Made by a program: the position numbers and the translations under genes | Part shown: in pieces, positions 53,040-64,000 of the stretch | Layout of the letters: each line of letters begins with the position of its first letter | How positions within the stretch are numbered: position 1 is the stretch's first letter | Notes under the pieces: generated by a model | What the model saw: only the letters and a program-made list of their open reading frames with translations | What the model was told of the DNA's origin: nothing | The model's database searches: none | Origin: Lama glama | Lineage: Eukaryota | Length of the DNA stretch: 64,000 nt | Direction of reading: 5' to 3' | Assembly: GCA_028534125.1 (NCBI GenBank) | Contig: CM052816.1 | Coordinates: 32,428,001-32,492,000 of the forward strand

Positions 53040-53420
53040 GTGAACTTTATTTTAGAAAGTTTTAGGCTAACAGAAAAGTTGTAAAAATAATACAGAGTTC
53101 CCATAAACCTGGCACCCAGTTTCCTCTACTGGTAACATCTGACATTATTATGGTACATTCATTACAACTAAAAAACCAACATTGGTACATTACCAGGAAC
53201 AAACTGCCACATCATATCTGGATCTCACTAGTTCTTCCCTAATGTCCAAGACCTTATGCAGAACACAGTATTACATTTGGTGATCACATTACTTTAGATT
53301 CCTCTGGTCTGTGACAGTTTCTCAGACTTTCCTTAAATTGGATAATCTTGACGGTTTTGAGAACTACTGAGCTAAGGAATGTCCCTCAATTTAGATTTGT
53401 CTTATGCTTTTCCTAGAAGC
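53040..53420 (-). mobile_element. L1MB/MC-type 3'UTR fragment
   Basis: ttttagg...acagaaaagttgtaaaaataatacagagttccca...acccagtttcc...ctgtgacagtttctcagactttcc. Confidence 0.7.
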
Positions 53421-53904
53421 CTTCGGTTTTGGAAACATCAGATTTCAAAATGTTCAACTCTAAGATTTCTGATCGGACAAAGCACAAGGCAAAATTTTTA
53501 TGCTTTATCTTCCCATTTATTCAACAAAAAATGCACTATTCTGGGAAGAAGCAAACTACAATTACTATCCAGACTTCAGGCAGAGAACCTAAGCAACAGG
53601 AAATTTAGTAAGCTGAACCATGTTGCTGGGGGACAAATCACAAGGACACTGGGCAAAGGGAGCCTGAGAAAGACTAAGAGCAAGAAAACATCGGGGGAGA
53701 GCTGGAAGGACACTCATCTGGCATCTGTTTTGCCACAGACATCACTCTGAAGTTAAAGTTCAACTACAGCAACTGTACTGACTATTGCTCTCTGCCTCTC
53801 CTTACCTTTGCCCCACTCTTTTTTTTTAATTCCAGATTTATTCACTGCAGGGTATCTGTCCTTCTTTGTAAGTTATCTCTAATCATTTTTAGAAAAAGAA
53901 AGGA

Positions 53905-54330
53905 AAGTGATCAGTCAGGTCCCAGCAAGAAAAAGCATTACCACAGAGTAACTCACATTAATCAAGGACCATCTACAAAGATGTGGTCAGAAAAACCAAC
54001 CTGAGACAGCACAGCAAGCACCCTGGGGTTGCAACCATGGGAAGCTGTTCCACACCAGGTTTGGAAGAACTAGAAGAAAAAGGCATTGCTGAAACCCCGG
54101 GAGAACAATGAACGGGAAAGGACCACCTTCTAAGGGGTTAGGGGAACAGATACTCCCACCTCACTCTCCTGCCTTCCCATCCCACTAGAGCCTTCCATTG
54201 GCCAGAACCAAAGAGATCAGAAGCAAAGGAGTTGATGTTGTCCACATAAGTCAGTGTCCCAGAGCCCAGAGCAGAGAGGATTAGATGGGGAAACGGATCT
54301 GGAGGGGCAAATAAAAGAGAGGCAGTCAGG
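53905..54330 (-). mobile_element. Old ERVL-type LTR relic (family uncertain)
   Basis: ccttccattggccagaaccaa...ggatctggaggggcaaa motifs typical of old ERVL LTRs. Confidence 0.5.
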
Positions 54331-54988
54331 AAGGAAGGCAAGCCAAGCCAACCACGCAGATAGCTATTTGCATTCTGATACTTGTTTGTGTGTCTTATCA
54401 CCCTTACTCTACTCTTAACTCCTGGAAGACAGGGATTTACAGAAACAATCTTAGGTCCCACATAAACCTGGAGGTATATCTGACAGAAGAGATGGGCCCG
54501 TCTCATCTACTCATCAGGCTGGAACTTGGGTCCATCACAGAATGACTTTGTTGAGGGAAGACTGACAGGCACCCAGACTGACCACTCAGCTCTGCCCCAT
54601 ACCTGCCTGTCAATATAGAACAAAGTGTGTACCTGTGGTCACAGGCAAGCACCTATGTTCTAACAAGGAAGGACCTACCCACTGGTCATCCTGCCCAATA
54701 CTTCATAAGCTCCAGGACTAGACCTTGGATCTATTCTTGATAGAGAACAACATAAAACTTACATTTCACTTCACTTCCTCAAATTATCTGTCTTGCTTAT
54801 GAGTCTATAAAACCTGTTGTCTCCTTTAATGAGGCACTGGACCATCTGTGTTTATATAAACACCAGACTAATCTTCCCTTATCCACCACTTGCATAAATC
54901 TCCCTGAGTAAATGCCCTAAGCACCCTGAGTATAGCCCAGCTCTGCAGTGCCCTCCCTTCCCTGCCCCATCCCATCCTTCCTGTCCTT

Positions 54989-55045
54989 CCCTTGCCCTCT
55001 TGCGTTAGGACCCTTGCCCTCTTGCGTTAGGACCCTTGCCCTCTT
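54989..55045. repeat. 22-bp tandem duplication (about 2.6 copies)
   Basis: cccttgccctcttgcgttagga twice, perfectly, then cccttgccctctt. Confidence 0.95.
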
Positions 55046-56149
55046 TCTCTATGGAAATTTCCACTCCGTGTTCCCACCTGGCAGCTCCTTCCAGGACAGG
55101 TAGATGCCTCCCTATTGCTTCTGGCTTCCTCCCAGACCAGCACTGTACTGAGCAACAGAGGAAGTGCTGAAGAAATTCATGAACCGAATATATTGTGTAC
55201 AAATGCCTTTGCATTTAATAAAAACACCCATTCCTCTTTTCAGAAATACAGTGAAAATATGAAAGGTTGAAGGACCACAGGAATGACATTTACATTTCAA
55301 TATGATCGTGCTGTCAATAATGTCCTAAGTTCCTGTTTGAACAAACCAGGAACTGTCGGCGCCATCAAATAAAGAACACCAAATACCATCCACCACCCAC
55401 AATCAAATCTACACAGTGGTATGGCAATGAGCTATTATGTTCACCTTACCAGGAATACACAGCAGATGATTTAATATGGTCATTTATAAAAGGCAATGTT
55501 CAATAATTGCATTTAATTTATCAAAATGAGTTTGTGCAGAGACTATTTTGGGGGGAAAAGTAGCTCATAAAACTCATGATATAAAATAATTTAAAAGCAG
55601 TTAAAAGCTACAAAAATTATTTCTTGTTAAGTCTTACTAATCTTATTACTCAATTATTATCTTTAAAGATAGAAGACATAAACTTTCGGAACAGACTGGC
55701 CTTCTAATGGAAAGTCTTCTTATGTATCTAATCTCGCTGTCTCTGCTTGTACAATAATTCTATTCTCTCCTCACCTTTGATAGAACAGCACAGACTGCCT
55801 CTGTTTGGCACCATTCCTTCCACAGTATGGGTGATACCACTCTCCCTCACCTCCTCTGCCCCATCTGTTGTCCCCTCTCTTCTATTACCATCTTGTCCTC
55901 ATCGACGCACTCTTTCTTTACAGTTCATATATATATACCTCAGTTACTCAAATCCTTAAAAAAAAAAAAAAACAGTAAATCCCTCCCCAAAAATCTCCCT
56001 GACCCCTACACATAAGTCCCTCCAGCTGCACTCCTTTGCTTTCCTCCTGTTCACTTGAAAGACTCTTGGTGTTCTGGACTCCTGCATCTTTATTTCTTGA
56101 CCCCTCCTTTTTTTGAGCCAAGACCCACCAAGAACTACCATTCTACTGC

Positions 56150-57370
56150 ACCTGCTTTTCTGAAGGACTCCTATTTCTTGTACATGCCAAACCCGCTGCA
56201 TACATTTAAGCCTGTGTCTTGTTGGCCTTCTCTGCCGCGTCTGATACCACCGACCTCTTAAGAGTCCTCCCTTCCCTGACTACTATAATGCTACTTTTTC
56301 TTTCTGGTTGTTCAGGAGCTCTCTGGCCATTCCTGCTTACTATGTGTTTCTTGGTGTTTCTCTGCCCCTCCTTAAACATTGCTGTCCCTAATGGTTCTCT
56401 TTTGTTACTGCCTCTCTCTTTCTCTCTGCCTTCTCACTTCTCTGTCTCCAATTCTCTTCCATCTCTCCCACTCCCTTGCCCCCATACTCACTCTTTCCAA
56501 GCTCTCCCTGAACTAGACAGTTGTATCCACTTCCACGGTTCGAACTCTCACCTTTCACTAGAGGCTCCCCAAATCTTTCCTCCAGTTACTGAAATATGCT
56601 TACAGATGGCGGCTTTGAGGTCTATAGAATTTTACACTCAACCCAAAAGCCCCAAGGGTACCCTAGCCACCATAAGTCTGGCAAGCCAGCAATCTGGAAT
56701 CATCCTAAACTCTTGCTCCTTTCTCACTTTCCAAATCTTGCAAGTCTTATCTCCTAAATATTTTTAAAACCCACCCCACTTTCCTTTCCACACAAACTTC
56801 CCAGGACTAGTTCAAGTTCTTACTATCTCTCACCGGAACCATTGCAAAGTCTAACAGAGCTTCCTGGTTCTAGTCTGAACCTCAATTTCACTTCCCTGCC
56901 AGAGCTACTGAAAACACAAATGTCTATCACTAGCCTGGTCAAAACCCTTAAGATGAACTTCCATTAACTATGCATATGGAGCATGAAGGTTCTCCCCTCC
57001 TAGGCCCATCTACTTCTCCAGCTTTATGTTCCATGTAGTCTATAGTTGGTTTCATTTTCTGGTAATGTAAAGCTGACTGCTGTCACCCGCATGTTATCCT
57101 CAGCACTATGCCATGGCTCTATGTCTTTGTTCATGCTGTTTGATATTCTGTGGAATTCTCCTCCTACCTTTCCTTCCCTGAAAAAGTCATATTCACTCTT
57201 TTCAGAGGTGACATTTCCCCTAGGAAGCTTCCTTGACCTCATTAATTAAAATCATCTGTGTGCCGTCTCCAATAGACTGTAAGCTGCCAGAGGGCAGGGA
57301 CCCGCCCTATTCAGTACTGTACTCTCACTGCAAAGCGTAGTACAGAGGTGCAAGAAATGTTTACTGAGTC
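56150..57370 (+). mobile_element. L2 relic(s)
   Basis: C/T-rich L2 3' region (aatctggaatcatcctaaactcttgctcc, tactatctctcaccggaaccattgcaa) ending tagactgtaagctgccagagggcaggga. Confidence 0.65.
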
Positions 57371-59929
57371 AAGAGCCTTAATGAAAGTAATTAGACTGAA
57401 AACAAAATTTAGTATGATTAAAAACATTTGAGAGGTATTTTGAGTATCATTCAGGTTTGGATCAAATTACTGGTGGTAAAGAAAAAATCTTGGAGGTAAA
57501 AGTTTTGACGAGTCCTGAGAACACTCTTTTCCTTCACTGTAACTGCAAACAAAACAATACCAAAAATCAGCTCAGTATATTTCATTGTTTCCACTGCAAT
57601 ACATTTTCAAAGGAGGGTTATTTCTCTTATAGACATTCTTCTGTTTAGGGACTTGAAGGAATAGCTGCCTAACCAGATTTACACATGATATTTTTTTAAT
57701 GAATGAATTAGAAAAGCGTATTAATGCATTTGGGAGTTTATTTGAAAGAGCCATAAATCTTGTGACTCGATTTTCTAAAGCTATGTTTATATTAAGTGAT
57801 GATTCATGACAGCATGATCCTAATTTAATGTTAAGAAGTATGGTTCATGAAATGATTTCCAAAGAAGTTAAATTAATTCATTCACCTGTATTCCAGTACT
57901 TAAGAAAAGCCAATTTCTTCATAGTACTTGACTTGTTTCTACACGGCACTGAATACAGATAATGTACAAACTTGGGCTTAACCACTTATATAATGAATAC
58001 CACGTGCTATGCTGCGTTTTTTTCCTTTCATTTACTTAATATTTCCTAAATTGTTAAGATAGTTGTTTTATCTCCATCATGTAACTGAAGAAATGTTGAG
58101 AAATAACCAGCGTGCCGCTGGAAATTGCTGGGCGGCAACAGGAATGCCGTCAGGGAGGTGGGCCAGCTTATCATCCGGGAGTCTTAAGCCTTCTGATGGA
58201 ACAAGAGGATACCTGGGCACAGACCCCTTGGTCCACCTAGCCTGGAGCAAAACCTACAAAAATGTGGGGAAGACTCCCTGGCCTCTTGGCTCTGCATGCA
58301 CCTCTGGCGAGCACCCCAGGTGCTGACCTGCTCCTGCTGCTTCCCTGCTAGGGGTTGAGGCTCTCCAGAACTGTTTCTACCTCTGTAACAATCCTCGGCT
58401 CCTTTTAACCACTTCTGTTCCTTTACAGAACTGGTTACTTTTCCATCTTTCAGGAATTGCTCTACGGTTTTAATCTATCCATGGTATTCCATTTCTTTCT
58501 TGGATTTTACAGACTTTATTCTCTTTAAAGAAATTTTTGTCACTTTCACAGCATTTTTAAGCATATGGATGGTAATGGATGAGTTCAGTTTCCTATATTC
58601 ATAAATTGTCCTCCTAATCAAATTGGATAGTTGATTGATAACCAAATCATTGACTTGATCTAGATTAAATAAAAATATTCACAGATTTCTTTTACAAGGT
58701 TAATTTAAGTTACAAATCCTCAAAAGTCAGTTATGTCCCAAAAGTTTGTAAGCTAATTGTTTAGAAGAAAGATTTCTTTTTTCCTATCAGAAATCATTTT
58801 ATTCACTCATGCAACACCTATTGTGCACTAACTACTATTTTAAGTGATGGAGGTACTGCAGGAAATAAATAAAAGGCACAAGGTCCCCATCTATTATACT
58901 TTCTGTGATTTAGGAAAACTTTGGTATAAACAATGCATATCATGTGTATATTTACACACTGACTTATCCACACCCTAGCATCCGTTAGCATTTCAAGTAC
59001 TATTATCAGGAGTTCACACTCCTGTTTAGCACTTTAAGTATCATTATTTTCAAATCCAATAAAAGGTTTGTTGATTAGCAAAGGGGCTGTTGGAAGTAAT
59101 TAGAAGTAACTTTCATTTGTGAAATGAGTGGTGTCCAAGACATGTGGTTGGTTAAGGCTGTACATACTCCACCATCTCTGTGAGAACAAGACCTCGAAAG
59201 TCTGGAAAGGCCAAAAATCTGACAGCTGTTGTGTGGAGTTCAAGACCTGGAACCCTCATCCTGCTCCTCTCCACTCCTCAGGAGATCCTCTTGCTCAACT
59301 TGAGTCACAGCTCACTGACCTCATCATCAGAACATCATCACTGCACTTGTACTAGAGGGACCTTCCGTGAAAGTGCTGCTCTGAGCACCCAAGGATGGAG
59401 GGTGGACATGACCAGGGTGACAAGACTGTGGCTTTCCTGTGCCTGCTTTCCAATAAATGACTGGTAGAATTAAGATCAGAAATTGCTTTTGTTGTAATTT
59501 TCCAGCTGGCAGCAAAAGCCTGGAGGGAGGGCATTAGAGCACCCACTTATTTCTAGATCTGGAGTCCTCTGATATTGAACAAAAGAACCCAACAATGCTG
59601 GAAGGCCAGACTGACTTAAGCCAGCCTGCAACACAGCCCTCATGAGTTTATATTCGAGCAGAGGGGATGGACAATAGCAAGTAAATAACTATCAACAGTG
59701 GTATTATGAGGAAGGAAATGAGCACAATGAGAAGGAAGGCTCTTTCAGGAGGGGATATGAGTTGAGTGTGTCCTAGTTGTGAGAGGAGGGGAATGTTCCA
59801 GGCATAGGAGGCTACAAGTACAAATTTGCCTGCTGTTCAGTCTGGAATTGGATTCCTTTTCACATATATGTCAAGTATGCAGAAACTGGTAGCCACCTAC
59901 ATTTTATGTTCATTTAAACAATACAAAGA

Positions 59930-60140
59930 GATCTAATTTACTGAGCACTCATTATATACTATGAACTGTTTTAGAGCTTTCAGTGTATTATGTCATCCTT
60001 ATAAAAATCCTATCCCCATTTTATAGAAGGGGAAACTGAGATACAAAAAAGTTCAGTAACTAGCAAATAACAGAGGCAGGATTAGAACCAGCCGGTGCGC
60101 CCACAGTCCCCATGCTCTTAACCACTTGAGCTATACTGTG
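59930..60140 (-). mobile_element. MIR
   Basis: tatccccattttatagaaggggaaactgagatac...ggcaggattagaacc...catgctcttaaccact. Confidence 0.75.
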
Positions 60141-60799
60141 TCTTCCAAGTCATATTCTTCAGGAATAAAATGGAACCGCAGTCAACCATGGAAAGGTCCA
60201 CGATTCAGTGTACAGAGAGTATCCAACTTCTAAATTTTAATAGGAGAAATTCTGAAGTGAATGTTTATATGGTTTCTATAGCACCAAAAGTACGTGCGTT
60301 TGTTTCCATCACGTTATGGATCACTTCCCGAACAATCAGATGAATATGTGAAGCAGGGAAAACATTCATTTTTCACTGAGTATGTGGTAAAGAGAGCAAC
60401 TCATGTACACACTTGTCAGTTCTGCAGAGCACAAGCCTGCAGGCGGAGAAGCACCCATCCTCTGTGAGAACGTCCCACAAAGAGAATCAGTGTGGAATGA
60501 GTGCTTAGTTCAGAAATAAATGGCATTCTTCAAATGTCAGGAGCATCCCCATGGAACAGCACAGGCCCCCAACAACACTGTTAGGCTGGTGTTACTAACC
60601 GTGGCCACAGAGAAAGGAGCACGTCCACGCTGACAGTGACGAGGGAATGGAAACACAAAGGCTGAGAACGTTCTCATTATCCAGCAGTTCCCTATTTTAA
60701 CCTTCTAAGAATGAGCAGAAGTGTTTCCTAAATTTAGAATTCAGAACCATGGGACTCTCATCACCCAGAGCTCCAGAACAAAAGAAAAAAAATTATATA

Positions 60800-60850
60800 A
60801 ACATACACACACAGACACACACACACACGCACGCACATACACACACACAT
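60800..60850. repeat. Interrupted (CA)n microsatellite
   Basis: acatacacacacagacacacacacacacgcacgcacatacacacacac. Confidence 0.9.
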
Positions 60851-61829
60851 ATATAAGAAATAATAAGTATTCAGGGGAATGAATATATTTGACAGTTAAA
60901 GATGATGAAAAGGGTGAAGTCTTGTAAATAAACATGATTCATACTATAAAACATCGCGTTAGCCCCGTCACCTAGGTTACATAACAATAGGAGTTATAAA
61001 CATCACTCAGAGACAGCGGTATTTTGCCTTCCAGGCCTTCATGGTACATCTCAAAACAATTCCACCAAAGTAACCCCAGGAGGAGAGCCCTGCCAACATA
61101 CACCCCTGGCGCTTGGGCTCACCACTAATGTGAGCTTTCTCTAGGATCCTACCTAGTTTGTTTTTTTCTTTAAAAATGCACACAAATTTTACATTCTACT
61201 CTAAAAAGGATCTGTTTTGATTTCTGCCCTTTTTTGCAAGGTAATTTAAAACATAATTTTTCTATTAGGCAAAACTGGCACTCTAGAAAGCTGGGCCAAA
61301 TACATCCTATGACTTTTCACATTTCCCCACCACCAATGAGAATGGGTATATACCAAACTTTGAGTTTAAGACCAAGGCTTTTAAAAACTATAAGCATCCA
61401 TAATGTGACGGCCAACATTCAGGTTTTCTTCGTCGGCAGAGTGGTAGCTCTCAACTCCAGCTGCACATTACAATTACCTGGGAAGCCTTTAAAAATATCA
61501 CTGCCTAAGCTCCACTCCAGAACAATTGAATCAAAATTTCAGGGTGGAGGAAGAGACCATTGTGTATAGTGGTTGCTTTTAACTCCACTGAGTCACTTTA
61601 ATGGGCAGAAAGGGTTGAAAGCCACTGCACAAAGGATGCCAAAGAAATATTAAGGCCCCAGAGTGATGGTGCAACACCAAAGACAAGCCCGGGGCCAATC
61701 CTCTTGCCCCTTCTTCCTAAGAACCTCTTGGAGACACAGGGAGTAATTAGGTGAGATCTCCCCACCCTCTTCCCCTTTGGAGTGGGGTCAAAAACAGAAG
61801 GTTGAAATGAGATCCAGAATCTCATAACA

Positions 61830-62143
61830 TAATACAAAAAAAGTCCAGGTTTTGTTCAAAAATCACTCATCATACTAAGAATGAGGAAGATCTTAAACAG
61901 AATCAAAAAAAAACAACAGGATTTCACATCATGAAGACAGGGATAAGAAGATAAGCACCATAAGGAAGCTTTGAGGATCTTGCCTGCATCCCTGTCAACA
62001 CATTGCCTATGATATTGTACTACAGTTTTACAAGAAGTTACCACTGAGGGAAAATGGATAAAGAAACACAGGATCCCTCCATGTAGCATTTCTTACAACT
62101 GCATGTGAATTCTCTCAAAATAAAAAGTTCATTAAAAAAAAAA
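61830..62143 (+). mobile_element. L1MC-type 3' terminus with poly(A)
   Basis: tattgtactacagttttacaagaagttaccactgagggaaaatgg...ttcttacaactgcatgtgaa...aataaaaagttcattaaaaaaaaaaa. Confidence 0.75.
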
Positions 62144-64000
62144 AGCTACTGGCCCACTGAACACTGACTGTAACATACAGTGAACAGTTGGAAATGACCT
62201 TTACGTGTGTTCCAGATTGTTATTTACTGGCCTTTTTTTAGCTCTAACGTTTTATCCATGATTCATGAGCCCCAGCAACCTAAGTAATTTTACTGAATAA
62301 AGAAGGACACCCTGTAGCCTAGCGAAGACTAATACTTCCCTGGTTACACTCAACGGAATATTAGCTGTTGAGCCTACAACATACCACAGCCTCAAGTGAC
62401 CACTTTCTATGCTGCTACTTGTTTCATTCCCATCTACATGTTTAGAGAAAGATGCTAAAACGCGTAAATGCCCATCCATCCAGTACTACAATCTTTCCAG
62501 TCCCATCTTGCAGACTAACATCTTCATTTGAACTGGAAAAAAAAAAAAATCACTACTTCTAATGCCTCATCTTTCATATCACAAACCCAGTTCTCAGGGG
62601 AAACTGAAAAGGATATTACTCTACAGTATATTTAGGACCGTAAGAATTTGTGCTCAATTCACATTTGGGGGGGGGGAGTTTCTGAATCCACAATTATTGG
62701 GTCCAAAAATAACAACAAGAAAAAAAACAACAGTCACCTTCACTTTTTACTGACAAAGACAGCCCTTAAAATTTCCTCAGACCTAAGAGTCCACGTACCT
62801 CCTCGACAGAGAGAAACTTATTTCAACATGGTAAAGTGAAAACCTATCCTGAATGAAAAACTCTCCAGAGAAGGAAAAGCTACAATCCATCCCAATATTT
62901 ATCCTGCTATCTCACAACAACCTTCACTTGTCAAGCCATGCTATCTTCTGCATCACATCTTGGTACAAAAAAATGTGTGTTTCCTCTCATGATTGGAGGA
63001 ATTAGTTCCCACACAATGTGAGTCACTCCTAAGAAGGCCAGGTTGTCTGGGTCAGAAAGTACTCAGCATATGATTTATGCACAACGAAGTAGATCCATTT
63101 GAGAGAGAGAGACAAGGAAATTCCACAGGCCATTCCTGCTCCTAAAGCTTGCAATTCCTGACACCTCTCTCAGGGATGCTTTGAAACTGTCTGATCTTGG
63201 TGGTTCAGGTGCATTTTTTTGTACAACACAAAGCCTTTAAACACAAGCCTCCTAGTAGCAGGAGCTGAGTCTGTGACCACACACTGCCACCATCCTGGAG
63301 GTGTGCCCATAACCCAGAGTAAGGGAGGGACAATGCAATGCTCACCAGCCTCATCATGCCTACCTTCTCATCTGTAAAAGGAGGGAGAGATCACACCAAT
63401 AGCCAACTGCACAAAAAGACCATCTACTCTGAGATGAAACCCAACCATTCTGAAAAGCGATGGGCAGCATTTCCCACACTTAGAGAGCCTTTGATCTCAG
63501 TTCACCCAAAGGCACAATACATTGTCCAGCATTTAACAGCAGAGTTGTCAAGTTTACTTCTTAATGGAATCTGTCCAAATCTAGAACCAATCACTTTCAC
63601 CAAAATATGATTAGTTACTGTAATTCTGCAACACCCAGAAGAAGCCATTTGAGCTGCCTTTTGCTGAGAGCCCTGACCCACTAGAATTTGAGATGATTAT
63701 TTTAAGGAAATTAAAAGCCATAGGACTTCTCTATTTTATGATCTTAGGGAGTGACACAAATTTAGAGCCAAAATTGAATCTACTCTCCCAGACTGATCAT
63801 CATCACTTGAAGAAGGGCTATGGAATCAAAAGTGTCCTCTCCCAGGGAGAGCTCAGCCCTGGTCCCAGGAAGCTGGGGCCAGCCTGGAGTAGTTAAAAGG
63901 GTCTCACACCAACATAGAAAGTAGCACAACTCTATGCTACTGAATTCTGAGGAAGAATCAGAGTCAGATTAAGAAATGACTGAAAACAACTACGGATCAG

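Larger units (their letters stand above)
1804..64000 (-). other. EPB41L4A: Part of the large upstream intron (intron 1) of EPB41L4A
   Basis: It lies 5' of the exon's acceptor on the minus strand. I saw neither the expected N-terminal exon (MGCFCAVPEEF...) nor a CpG island in the window. This assignment is an inference. Confidence 0.75.

Noticed and set aside
56219..56767. 182-aa Leu/Ser/Pro-rich ORF
   Set aside because: It starts at TTG in a pyrimidine-rich L2 relic where stops are compositionally rare; no recognisable domain.
1..64000. CRISPR array, operon, rRNA or other prokaryote-type or novel system; other EPB41L4A exons or promoter
   Set aside because: I saw no regularly spaced repeat-spacer array, gene-dense region or CpG island, and no further FERM-coding exon by eye. 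Small ncRNAs or non-coding exons cannot be excluded without covariance-model searches or RNA-seq.

Overview
This is mammalian, repeat-rich genomic DNA, probably from a camelid; that is inferred from Vic-1-like tRNA-derived SINEs. The only coding sequence I can support is one 105-bp phase-0 exon on the minus strand (1699-1803, [35 protein letters not shown]). It matches the N-terminal FERM region of EPB41L4A, most likely exon 2. The rest is therefore intronic: 1804-64000 is the large upstream intron and 1-1698 the downstream intron. The intron holds L1 copies of several ages, SINEs, MaLR/ERV LTRs, an ERVL pro-pol remnant, DNA-transposon fossils, L2/MIR relics and two assembly gaps. The best observations are a 5'-truncated HDAC2 processed pseudogene (48923-49470, minus), a young L1 with a probable short 3' transduction inside a perfect 14-bp TSD, and a twin-primed (5'-inverted) L1. 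I found no evidence of a new biological system. Gene and repeat family names come from recalled sequences, not from database searches.
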